A DNA stretch of 32,000 nucleotides from NCBI GenBank assembly GCA_016700015.1, contig CP064995.1, positions 210,001-242,000 of the forward strand, written 5' to 3'. Under the pieces are notes generated by a model, which was not told the origin of the DNA, did no database searches, and was given only the letters and a program-made list of their open reading frames with translations. This DNA comes from Candidatus Saccharimonadota bacterium (GTDB taxonomy: Bacteria; Patescibacteriota; Saccharimonadia; Saccharimonadales; Saccharimonadaceae). This document shows, piece by piece, positions 1-7,979 of this stretch; the first letter of the stretch is position 1; every line of letters begins with the position of its first letter. The position numbers and the translations under genes were made by a program.

Positions 1-3000
1 GTCGGCGCCGCTACTACTATGATAAACATGTTCAGGAGCGCCACAGTCTTCAATCAGCCAATAGGTTCATGGAATACCGTAAATGTGACAAATATGAGCG
101 GTATGTTTGCTGATGCAATTGCTTTCAACAACGGACAAGCATCGGGTGCAAGCACGGCGCCACTGCTGTGGGATACTGGCAAAGTTACTGATATGTCGTC
201 GATGTTTTATAGCGCAACTACCAATGCATTTAATCAGCCTGTCGGTTCTTGGAATACATCTAACGTTACTATGATGCAGGGTATGTTCCAAAACGCACAG
301 CTGTTTAATCAGCCTGTCGGTTCTTGGAATACCGGCAAAGTTACTAATATGTCGTACATGTTCTTCAATGCAAGGGCTTTTGATCAACCGATAGGCACTT
401 GGAATACCGTTCAAGTAACAACTATGAGGTACATGTTTGCCAGCGCTGTGCTGTTTAACCAAGACATAGGTGCATGGAATACAGCAAATGTCACCGACAC
501 TTCGTATATGTTTCTCAATGCCGTGAAGTTTAATCAGGCAATTGGTACGTGGAATACCGTAAAAGTAACTACTATGGCATCTATGTTTGATGGTGCAACC
601 GTGTTTAACAACGGCCTAGCCGCTGGCATAAGTGGTCCAATGCCCTGGAATACCGGCCTGGTGACCAATATGTCCTATATGTTTAATAATGCCAAAGCCT
701 TTAACCAAGACATAAGTACCTGGAACGTCAGCAACGTTACTACTATGCAGCGCATGCTTTCGTATCTGACGTACTTTAACCAACCTATTGGCGTTTGGAA
801 TACGGCCAAACTACTCGATATCAACAATATGCTTCATACGAGCACTTCATTTAACCAGCCACTCGGAAATTGGAATGTGACAGGCGTAGCAAATGCTACA
901 AACTTTTTGGCGAATGTGAAACTTTCCATAGTGAACTATGACAACCTCCTCATTAACTGGAATTCTCAAGCGGTCAAGACGAGCGTTATTTTTCACGGAG
1001 GTCTGAGCCAATACTGTGCCGGCGCAGCTGCACGTACAAACCTGATAACAGTCAAAACCTGGACATTTACCGCAGATGGCGGGCAAAATTGTGCACCAAC
1101 AGATATAGGGCTCACTAACGCAACTGTTGCTGAAAATACGACACTGGTTGGTACGCTCTCATCAGTTGACCCGGATGCGGGTAATACCTTTACCTATTCG
1201 CTTGTTGCAGGTACGGGCGATGAAGATAATGCCAAATTTAGTATCAATAACACCACGAAAACCTTGTCATTTGCTTCAGTGCCAAACTTTGAAAACCCGA
1301 CAGACCTTGGTGACATTGCAGGCAACAATACCTACTCCATCCGTATTCGTAGCACAGATAACCTAGGTGGTACCTACGACGAAGTGTTTGTTATCACTGT
1401 TACTAATATTGATGAAGCTGCGCCTGTCATCACGATCACCGCACCAACTAAGCTCGACAATGTCACGATCACCGATACGACTATACGAGTTGTTGATGAA
1501 ACAGCCGTGAATGCCGCAAGCGTCGTTATAGCCCCGACTGGCTCAACAGCTGGTACAAGTAGTTTTAGCTGTACGCAGACATCTGCTACCCAGGTAGATT
1601 GTACAGTTTCTGTTACCAGTTCAGGTGACCTCAACATACAAGCAACTGACGTAGCTGGCAATGTGGCGACCAAGAAAGAAACAAACTATGTTATCGATAC
1701 TACACCGCCTGCGTTTGCTAGTAGCTCAGTCGATGTCATAACACATGGTATTAATCAGCCGATCGTGAGCTTTAGTGCAACTGATAACATATCAGTTGAC
1801 CACTATGAAATCATCTATACTGCCGACAATGGCGGCGCAGGCGTCAGTGGTTCTACAACAACGATTAACCCGGCAACGAGCCCCGTGACACTCACGCTTG
1901 ACCCAGATGAAGCGGTACACACGGTCACTATTCGTGTCTATGACACAGCCGGCAACTACGCTGACCGCGTGATAAAATTCCCGCCAATCGTCAACTTTAC
2001 GGCTCCAACAACACTCAGCAACACGACCATCACAAATGCTACCGTAACTGTGACAAGTCCTGGCGGTAATGATCTGACAGGTATTACCTTCAACGCTGGC
2101 TCTACTGGTGCGACACTGGGCACATGTACGGGTGCTGGTGGCGACACGTCTGATCCGTATGCGAATCCTGTAACGTGCGTCATCAACAATGTTGCTTCGA
2201 CCGGAAGTGTCACAGTGGATGCGACTGATAGTGTCACGGGCGCAATCGGTCAAAACAGTCAGAGCTTCATCATTGATACGACCGCACCAACGGTAGCAAT
2301 ATCTGCTCCTACAAAGCTTGATAATGGTTCAATCACCGACACAACTATTACCATTACAGATAACGTAGGCATAGTGGTTGCTGATGTTGCAATCGGCGTA
2401 GGCTCGACTGCTTTAATCTCTAATCTCAATTGCACACAAACATCTGCGACAAGGGTTGACTGTACGGTACACGTTAATTCGTCGGGGAGTCTTATTATTG
2501 AGGTATCTGACAAAGCCGGCAATACAGCCACTGCAACTGAGCTTGGCTATGTGATTGACACAACCTCTCCAGTAGTGACCGTTGGCACTCTTTCCGCCAT
2601 CACTCTTGCAAATCAGTCTGCCTACCCGGTCTCTGGTATGTGTACCGAGGGAGACGGAAATATATCAGTAGTCGTCAACGGGGTCACCCACATGGTTGCC
2701 TGTAACAGTGGTGCCTGGTCGCTGACGCTTGACCTATCCTCACTGGGCGATGGCTCGCCAGCCCTTACCGTGACAGCTAGCCAGACAGATGCAGCTGGGA
2801 ATACGGGAAGTGCGGGGGCACAAACAGCCCTTAAAGACACAGTTGCCCCTACTGTTGGCATAAACACCGTTGCTAGTAATGCTGGTTCTCCCGCTCTTTC
2901 TGGTGCGGTCTCAGACCCAGCAGCAGTCGTAAAAGTCACCGTCAATGGCGCCGAATACACAGCTACGAACAACGGAGATGGCACCTGGAGTTTGCCGGCT

Positions 3001-3804
3001 GGTACGATTGCTCCTGCGCTAGTAGATGGAGTTTACGACATCGTAGTGATGGCAACTGACTCTGTCGGCAATAGTAGTTCGGATGGTACAACTGACGAGC
3101 TGTCAATTGATATAACGGCACCTACCGGCACACTAACACCAATTGCGCCATCAATCACAAACAGCCCCGCCCTTTCTGGCACGGTCTCAGACCCAGCAGC
3201 AGTCGTAAAAGTTACTGTCAATGGCACCGAGTACACGGCTACAAACAACGGAGACGGTACCTGGAGCTTACCGGCTGGTACGATTGCTCCTGCACTTAGC
3301 CCTGGCACCTATGATGTCGTCGTGTCATTTACCGATGCGCTGGGCAATACATCGACTGATACAACAACGAATGAACTTGTTATACAGCGTAGTGACGCAG
3401 ACCTCCCGACGGTCAATCCGTTGACCGCCGCTGGTGGACAGCCAATTATCACTGGTACGTATGACGCAGAGAACAGCCAAAGCCTGTCTGTTGCGGTAAA
3501 CGGCATTACTTACGTGCTTGGCGTAGCAACACAGCTTACCGTTAGCGGTAATACTTGGAAACTTGATCTTAGCTCACTTAGCCCTGCGTTACCTGCAGGT
3601 GCTTACGATGTAAAGGTGGCAGTAACAACTCGAGGGGGCGCAGTCCTGGGTGACAGCACGGCTACAGAATTAGTGCTCAACGATGCGAGTAAACCTCTAG
3701 CTGCTACAGGCATCTCAGTTATTGTACCGACGATTCTCGGAGCAATGTTAATTACTGTTAGCGCATTGCTCATATATCGCTCAAAACAATCTAGTAAAAA
3801 ATAG
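1..3804 (+). CDS. Giant cell-surface protein, 5' end cut by the window edge: DUF285/BspA-type repeats, cadherin-like domain, several Ig-like domains, C-terminal LAATG sorting motif with TM helix and basic tail
   Basis: The frame is open from nt 1 (ORF track 19..3804, 1261 aa). There are 11 repeats of FNQPxGxWNTxxVTxMxxMF. The segment NATVAENTTLVGTLSSVDPDAGNTFTYSL...YSIRIRSTDNLGG...VITVTNIDEAAP has a cadherin-like layout. Several ~95-aa beta-rich repeats each end in YVIDTT(P/S)P. The C-terminus is KPLAATG, then a hydrophobic stretch, then RSKQSSKK. Confidence 0.85.
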   Translation, partial: VGAATTMINMFRSATVFNQPIGSWNTVNVTNMSGMFADAIAFNNGQASGASTAPLLWDTGKVTDMSSMFYSATTNAFNQPVGSWNTSNVTMMQGMFQNAQLFNQPVGSWNTGKVTNMSYMFFNARAFDQPIGTWNTVQVTTMRYMFASAVLFNQDIGAWNTANVTDTSYMFLNAVKFNQAIGTWNTVKVTTMASMFDGATVFNNGLAAGISGPMPWNTGLVTNMSYMFNNAKAFNQDISTWNVSNVTTMQRMLSYLTYFNQPIGVWNTAKLLDINNMLHTSTSFNQPLGNWNVTGVANATNFLANVKLSIVNYDNLLINWNSQAVKTSVIFHGGLSQYCAGAAARTNLITVKTWTFTADGGQNCAPTDIGLTNATVAENTTLVGTLSSVDPDAGNTFTYSLVAGTGDEDNAKFSINNTTKTLSFASVPNFENPTDLGDIAGNNTYSIRIRSTDNLGGTYDEVFVITVTNIDEAAPVITITAPTKLDNVTITDTTIRVVDETAVNAASVVIAPTGSTAGTSSFSCTQTSATQVDCTVSVTSSGDLNIQATDVAGNVATKKETNYVIDTTPPAFASSSVDVITHGINQPIVSFSATDNISVDHYEIIYTADNGGAGVSGSTTTINPATSPVTLTLDPDEAVHTVTIRVYDTAGNYADRVIKFPPIVNFTAPTTLSNTTITNATVTVTSPGGNDLTGITFNAGSTGATLGTCTGAGGDTSDPYANPVTCVINNVASTGSVTVDATDSVTGAIGQNSQSFIIDTTAPTVAISAPTKLDNGSITDTTITITDNVGIVVADVAIGVGSTALISNLNCTQTSATRVDCTVHVNSSGSLIIEVSDKAGNTATATELGYVIDTTSPVVTVGTLSAITLANQSAYPVSGMCTEGDGNISVVVNGVTHMVACNSGAWSLTLDLSSLGDGSPALTVTASQTDAAGNTGSAGAQTALKDTVAPTVGINTVASNAGSPALSGAVSDPAAVVKVTVNGAEYTATNNGDGTWSLPAGTIAPALVDGVYDIVVMATDSVGNSSSDGTTDELSIDITAPTGTLTPIAPSITNSPALSGTVSDPAAVVKVTVNGTEYTATNNGDGTWSLPAGTIAPALSPGTYDVVVSFTDALGNTSTDTTTNELVIQRSDADLPTVNPLTAAGGQPIITGTYDAENSQSLSVAVNGITYVLGVATQLTVSGNTWKLDLSSLSPALPAGAYDVKVAVTTRGGAVLGDSTATELVLNDASKPLAATGISVIVPTILGAMLITVSALLIYRSKQSSKK
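49..912 (+). repeat. Array of 11 DUF285/BspA-like ~25-30 aa repeats (coding repeat)
   Basis: The motif F(N/D)Q(P/D/A)(I/V/L)G.WN(T/V)..VT.M..MF recurs 11 times in the translated ORF, including two longer FNNG variants. Confidence 0.8.
2887..3441 (+). repeat. Tandem 276-bp (92-aa) duplication inside the surface-protein gene
   Basis: SPALSGAVSDPAAVVKVTVNGAEYTATNNGDGTWSLPAGTIAPAL (from nt 2887) is repeated as SPALSGTVSDPAAVVKVTVNGTEYTATNNGDGTWSLPAGTIAPAL (from nt 3163). The first ~134 bp of each unit are about 90% identical at DNA level by hand alignment. Confidence 0.9.
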
Positions 3805-4126
3805 CGGTGGACAATTTTTCGATTGTTCCATCGAAAAAAATGGTTGAGGCATCAGTGCCACTAATTGCCTTATCCGTTGCAAGATTATAGTCGAGATGTC
3901 CGACAAACTCAGAGGTTGACAGAAGACGATTATGCGATATTTCGGAATTATCTCCTTATCTCCACTTATCTCAAGAAAATAGATCAACATGGAAAATATT
4001 TGTTGCCCAGGAAGATTTTGAATAAACTCGGACTTTTTGTATCTGTTCAGGGTTAGACCCTAAACACCCATGCGTATGTATGAGCTCAACATTATGCTGG
4101 CTGCTCAGATTTAGGTGCTGTTTTAG

Positions 4127-4657
4127 TTAGAGTCGCGTTGTAAATGCAGACGTGTTGTCGTTTTGAACTATGGTGTTATTTACATCAAACATCGTGTAGC
4201 CACTGGTGACGGTATCGAGCCTTGTGATTGACCGATCTTTCATATCAACGTCGATACGGAGTATACTACCCGCTGGCACGCCGCCAGGTACTTCGACATG
4301 AGAAAATACTAGTTCACCACTCGAACCTTTCTTTTGGTTAAAGCAGCTTGCGTAAGCATTGTTTTGGTTAATTTGCACCCATGTCGTTGATCCAGGTGCC
4401 TGATAGCTTAGGGTATCGGTGGTGCAGTCAAAGCTCAAACTACCATTGTTTGGCAATGAAATACCTCCATTTACCAAAGTAGTAGATGTTGGTATAGGGC
4501 TTGAGACTACCGTTGCATGAACCGCACTACCAATTCGTGTTATATATAACCCTGGTAGTAGCGTTGCCGCAGATGCTTGCTGGCCGCCAAACAATGATAC
4601 AATTGTTGCAAATATACTCACCACTAACAAACTGGACACGACATATATCTTCCTCAT
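4127..4657 (-). CDS. Hypothetical secreted protein (signal peptide, beta-rich)
   Basis: 176-aa ORF. The N-terminus MRKIYVVSSLLVVSIFATIVSLFGGQQASA looks like a signal peptide. A strong SD (GGAGGAG) lies 5 nt upstream of the ATG on the minus strand. Confidence 0.75.
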   Translation of the reverse strand: MRKIYVVSSLLVVSIFATIVSLFGGQQASAATLLPGLYITRIGSAVHATVVSSPIPTSTTLVNGGISLPNNGSLSFDCTTDTLSYQAPGSTTWVQINQNNAYASCFNQKKGSSGELVFSHVEVPGGVPAGSILRIDVDMKDRSITRLDTVTSGYTMFDVNNTIVQNDNTSAFTTRL

Positions 4658-4791
4658 ACCTACTCCTCCATGATTTAATGGTTATACATAATTACCATAG
4701 CATGATAAGGATGTTATTACCATCAAAACGATTAACAAAATTTGGGTAATAATCCAAGAAGTTATAGTGTTAGAACAGCCTGTAGCGCTGA

Positions 4792-5313
4792 TCAAGTATC
4801 GTACTCGGCGACAAGTAATTTTTTGTGATCGTCAAATGGTGTGATGAGCGGATTGCTGCTAAAACGTATCAATTTCCCATTGTCTGCGATGTACGCAATT
4901 GATCCCCTCATTGTAACCGGCTCTTTGGTGTCTGCTCTACGGTATGTTATGACCCAAAACTTCTTTGAATCATATATTTTCGGCTCAGCGTCTACTGTAG
5001 CCTCTATGTTGTCGCGCGTCGGCACAAGTTCTCTGGCGCGTGCAGCTGCTTGCTCAAATTCCGTGATACTGTACATATAGTCAGTATAACAGGGTGTAAA
5101 AGGCCATAACCTCCAACCACCCCCAGCGGGTGCTGAAGATGTAGCCCCACAGAGCAGTGCCGATGAAGCCGAGGTAGATATCGTGATGGAGATGACCAAT
5201 TTTCTCGGTTCAAGTCTTGCGGGCTCGCATGCCTCGCTACCCGCGAAGAGGCAAATGAGTGCCGGCAGGACGATCCACAGCAGTGGGCTGTGGATCAAAT
5301 TAACTACTGTCAT
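4792..5313 (-). CDS. Hypothetical membrane-anchored protein; the C-terminal half weakly resembles YrhB/Imm35-type immunity domains
   Basis: 173-aa ORF with AAGGAG 6 nt upstream of the ATG. It has an N-terminal hydrophobic helix and a Ser/Ala/Gly linker. The C-terminal ITEFEQAAARARELV...KKFWVITYRRAD...GSIAYIADNGKLIRF resembles the YrhB layout from memory only. Confidence 0.65.
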   Translation of the reverse strand: MTVVNLIHSPLLWIVLPALICLFAGSEACEPARLEPRKLVISITISTSASSALLCGATSSAPAGGGWRLWPFTPCYTDYMYSITEFEQAAARARELVPTRDNIEATVDAEPKIYDSKKFWVITYRRADTKEPVTMRGSIAYIADNGKLIRFSSNPLITPFDDHKKLLVAEYDT

Positions 5314-5460
5314 GTACTTCTCCTTGCGGTGGTTTCAGCAGTAACTCACTAGCTTTGCAACATATAAAATTCGGTTTTTCTATAGTGCGGGCGCTTTAGC
5401 TAACCAGGAGAACAACTGGTACACCCATATGAAACGGCTGGTACGCGCTGCGCGCGGCCA

Positions 5461-5484
5461 AAGAAAAACGGCGCTTTCGCGCCG
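5461..5484 (-). terminator. Rho-independent terminator after tRNA-Gly
   Basis: On the minus strand: CGGCGC GAAA GCGCCG followed by TTTTTCTT, about 24 nt downstream of the tRNA 3' end. Confidence 0.75.
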
Positions 5485-5507
5485 CAATTCTGAAAAAAGT
5501 CTGGTTT

Positions 5508-5584
5508 TGGTGCGGGTTAAGAGACTCTAACTCTCGACCTCGTCCTTGGCAAGGACGCGCTCTAAACAACTGAGCTAAACCCGC
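5508..5584 (-). tRNA. tRNA-Gly (anticodon GCC), CCA encoded
   Basis: Manual cloverleaf: GCGGGTT TA GCTC AGTTGTTTA GAGC G CGTCC TTGCCAA GGACG AGGTC GAGAG TTAGAGT CTCTT AACCCGC A CCA (77 nt). Confidence 0.9.
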
Positions 5585-5739
5585 ATACTATAGGTGTAAA
5601 TGTCGGAAGGTGCACCATGCCATTGCACGAGCTATGGTAGTTTTGCAAGGACGGCCACGTTCCGCGGCCCCGAAACTTCGCGAGCGAAAACAAGTTTTCG
5701 CCGGAAGGTTTCCTTGCGACCCGCCACTGGCGGCTCTCA

Positions 5740-5764
5740 CTCTAAACAACTGAGCTAAACCCGC
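5740..5764 (-). pseudogene. 25-nt exact copy of the tRNA-Gly 5' half (acceptor 5' strand plus D-arm) with no matching 3' half
   Basis: GCGGGTTTAGCTCAGTTGTTTAGAG is identical to nt 1-25 of the tRNA at 5508..5584. The sequence diverges afterwards, and no T-arm or AACCCGC acceptor complement follows. Confidence 0.7.
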
Positions 5765-5779
5765 ATGGTTACTCGGCAA

Positions 5780-5808
5780 ATTATAGCGGAGACACTGCAG
5801 ATTGACAA
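5780..5808 (-). promoter_or_regulatory. Sigma70-type promoter for the tRNA-Gly transcription unit
   Basis: On the minus strand: TTGTCA (5808-5803), 17-nt spacer, TATAAT (5785-5780). The predicted TSS is ~9-10 nt upstream of the tRNA-like fragment. Confidence 0.65.
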
Positions 5809-5845
5809 GACCCCTGGCACTCGAAAGAGTTAGCCCAAGTAACAC

Positions 5846-5874
5846 TTGCACGTATAAGTAGATGGTAGTATAAT
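5846..5874 (+). promoter_or_regulatory. Sigma70-type promoter upstream of the HD-domain gene leader
   Basis: TTGCAC (5846-5851), 17-nt spacer, TATAAT (5869-5874). Confidence 0.6.
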
Positions 5875-5913
5875 AATACTGTAGGACAGCGCCCGCTTGC
5901 CTGCGGGGTCCAT

Positions 5914-5957
5914 GGCGGCTACGAATTACTAAATCATTAATTCGTGCGGCCTTTTTT
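5914..5957 (+). terminator. Intrinsic-terminator-like hairpin plus U6 tract between the promoter and the HD-domain gene start (attenuator or sRNA terminator)
   Basis: ACGAATTA (5921-5928) pairs with TAATTCGT (5938-5945). The stem is extended imperfectly by GGCGGC/GCGGCC and followed by TTTTTT (5952-5957). It is preceded by a second hairpin, GGAC..CCCGC TTGCCT GCGGG GTCC (5884-5911). Confidence 0.6.
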
Positions 5958-5985
5958 GTTTACAGAAGGCCGATGGAGGAACAAT

Positions 5986-6642
5986 ATGCCAAAACATGAA
6001 GACCTAAAAAACCTACCAAATATTGAGCGTCGTTTGCACCCCGAGGTATGGCGTGCGCTGCAGATAGCAGCCACCGCCCACGAGGGCATCCAGCGCAAAG
6101 ATGGTCGCGGTCCATACGTAGTGCATTTGTACGAAACACTTACGCTAGTAGAAATGGGTACTGATGACCTAGCAACACGTATCGCCGCACCGCTTCATGA
6201 CGGACAGGAAGATGTACCCGATAAGCTAGGGCTTGATATTGTTGCGAGTGAGTTCGGGCCCGAAGTAGCAGGGCTCGTGGCGGGCGTGACAAAACGGCCA
6301 AAAAATGCGGGTGCCATCACACCCGACGAAAAGCGAGCAGAATGGTATGCTCGCAACCTGGACTACGCGCGCATATTGGAGCATGTGGCCGACGAACGAT
6401 CATCGATCATCGCTGTAGCCGATAAAATTAGCAATCTGCGTGACATGATTCGCAACACCTATACCAAAGGCGAGAGTTTCTGGCGGAAGTTTAACGCTAC
6501 ACCCGAAGACCAGCTGTGGTGGTATAAGCTTGTGTATGGCGTGGCGCAAAAGCGCATACCAGACAACCCGCTTAACACAATTTTTGCAGCGTCTATCATA
6601 GAATTTGAATTTGCAATCGACCTATATCGCAGTAAGCGGTAG
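5986..6642 (+). CDS. HD-domain (p)ppGpp hydrolase-like protein (RelA/SpoT-type HD domain only; small alarmone hydrolase-like)
   Basis: AATAHEGIQRKDGRGPYVVHLYETL...APLHDGQEDV...FGPEVAGLVAGVTK matches the SpoT/RelA hydrolase-domain pattern. GGAGG lies 6 nt before the ATG at 5986. The ORF-track start at 5944 (GTG) falls inside the terminator hairpin and is unlikely. Confidence 0.8.
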   Translation: MPKHEDLKNLPNIERRLHPEVWRALQIAATAHEGIQRKDGRGPYVVHLYETLTLVEMGTDDLATRIAAPLHDGQEDVPDKLGLDIVASEFGPEVAGLVAGVTKRPKNAGAITPDEKRAEWYARNLDYARILEHVADERSSIIAVADKISNLRDMIRNTYTKGESFWRKFNATPEDQLWWYKLVYGVAQKRIPDNPLNTIFAASIIEFEFAIDLYRSKR

Positions 6643-6675
6643 GCTGGTCGTAGCCAACCACATGCGCTATCATAG

Positions 6676-7962
6676 GTGTATATGCTGAAAAACTATGTGC
6701 TGAAGAAATTGCAAAAATATGTAGCTAAGTATTTTGCAAAACATCCCGAAGTCAAGCTGATTGTTGTTGCGGGGAGTGTGGGTAAAACCAGCACCAAGCG
6801 CGCCATTGCCGACCTACTATCCAAACGCTATCGTATACGCATGCATGAAGGTAATCACAATACCGACATGTCGGCACCGCTGGCGATTCTCGGCATTAAC
6901 TACCCAGCTAATCCTAAAAGTCCGTTTGCGTGGGCAAAAGTATTTCGTGCTGCGCGCCGGCGGATCCATCAGCCAACTGATGTCGATGTGATTGTACAAG
7001 AACTGGGCACTGATCACCCAGGTGAGATCGCTGCGTTTGGCAGGTATCTCAAGCCCGACCTTGCCTGTATTACAGCAGTCGCGCCAGAACACATGGAGTT
7101 TTTTGGCACCATCGAGGCTGTAGCTCAAGAAGAAATGGCGGTCGCAGCATATGCCAAATACGTGCTCATTAACCGTGATGACGTTGAGGGGAGATTTGCT
7201 GATTTTGAAACAAATCCAAACTTTAGTACCTACGGCACTAGTGGTGCAGCCGAGTATCGGTTTGAGCAGCAAGAATTTAGTACCGACAGTGGCTACACGG
7301 GCAACATTCTCGCTGTTGACCATGAACCGTTTGCAGCAACTATTAAAGTAGTGGGTGAACACAGCCTGCGGTCGGTCATCGGTGCGGTAGCAGTCGGGAT
7401 GATAATGGGGCTCACTCAGCAAGATATTATTGACGGACTTAGCCTTATACGGCCCGTGCCTGGACGCATGAACCTACTGCGTGGTATTGGTGGTACAACA
7501 ATTATTGATGATACCTACAATTCTAGCCCGGCTGCAGCTGCTGCTGCACTACAAACGCTCTATTCGTTTACCGATGCTGGCCAGCGCATCGCGGTACTCG
7601 GCGACATGCGTGAGCTGGGCGCTACTAGTCAGTCAGCCCACGAAGCGCTAGGGAATATATGCGATCCAAGCCTGTTGTCGTGGCTTGTGCTGGTGGGGCC
7701 TGAATGCGAGAAGTACCTTGCGCCTGTGGCGAGGGCGCGTGGTTGCCAGGTGCAGGTGGCCCGACATGCCATAGAGGCCGGAGAGTTTGTTCGCTCGGTC
7801 GCCGAAGAAGGAGCTGTGATTTTGGTCAAGGGATCACAAAATACCATTTATTTGGAAGAAGCTGTGAAAGTGCTGTGCGATATGACCGAAGATGCCGAAC
7901 TCGTTCGTCAGTCCGCCGAATGGCAACAAACGAAATCAACGTACTTCAATAGCTTCTCGTAG
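6676..7962 (+). CDS. murF: UDP-N-acetylmuramoyl-tripeptide--D-alanyl-D-alanine ligase
   Basis: Mur-ligase P-loop VVAGSVGKTSTK, DDTYNSSP and LGDMRELG motifs, 428 aa. The start is ambiguous: GTG at 6676 or ATG at 6682. Confidence 0.85.
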   Translation: MYMLKNYVLKKLQKYVAKYFAKHPEVKLIVVAGSVGKTSTKRAIADLLSKRYRIRMHEGNHNTDMSAPLAILGINYPANPKSPFAWAKVFRAARRRIHQPTDVDVIVQELGTDHPGEIAAFGRYLKPDLACITAVAPEHMEFFGTIEAVAQEEMAVAAYAKYVLINRDDVEGRFADFETNPNFSTYGTSGAAEYRFEQQEFSTDSGYTGNILAVDHEPFAATIKVVGEHSLRSVIGAVAVGMIMGLTQQDIIDGLSLIRPVPGRMNLLRGIGGTTIIDDTYNSSPAAAAAALQTLYSFTDAGQRIAVLGDMRELGATSQSAHEALGNICDPSLLSWLVLVGPECEKYLAPVARARGCQVQVARHAIEAGEFVRSVAEEGAVILVKGSQNTIYLEEAVKVLCDMTEDAELVRQSAEWQQTKSTYFNSFS

Positions 7963-7979
7963 ACCCAGTCGCCTACCTC

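Noticed and set aside
2887-3441. Checked whether the tandem repeat could be a diversity-generating-retroelement template/variable pair.
   Set aside because: No reverse transcriptase is in the window, and the differences between the copies involve all bases (t>c and g>a, for example) rather than being adenine-specific.
67-3506. Many 65-153-aa ORFs antisense to, or out of frame with, the surface-protein gene (for example 67..462, 1792..2253, 2622..2984).
   Set aside because: They lie entirely within a long ORF of clear repeat and domain structure. Their translations are low-complexity or Cys/Arg-rich, as expected for off-frame reads.
3805-4126. A 322-bp gene-free spacer containing ORFs 3865..4056(+) and 3781..3990(-) and an AT-rich hairpin (TTTTTCGAT…ATCGAAAAA).
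   Set aside because: The ORFs have TTG or absent start contexts and no SD, and their sequences are implausible. The hairpin lacks a proper U-tract, so I make no confident call.
5601-5710. Two (C/T)CGGAAGG motifs on the plus strand (5603-5610 and 5701-5708) suggested an SRP (4.5S) RNA GGAA tetraloop helix.
   Set aside because: The flanks lack the conserved AGCAG/symmetric-loop sequence and do not form the long helix-8-like hairpin in either orientation.
5590-5764. Considered that the tRNA-like 5' half at 5764 is the 5' exon of an intron-containing tRNA.
   Set aside because: No T-arm and no AACCCGC acceptor 3' strand exist anywhere between it and the complete tRNA-Gly. The downstream tRNA folds completely on its own.
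5588-5851. 87-aa minus-strand ORF from the track.
   Set aside because: It reads through the tRNA-Gly 5'-half copy, its promoter and the structured spacer. It has no SD, so I treat it as spurious.
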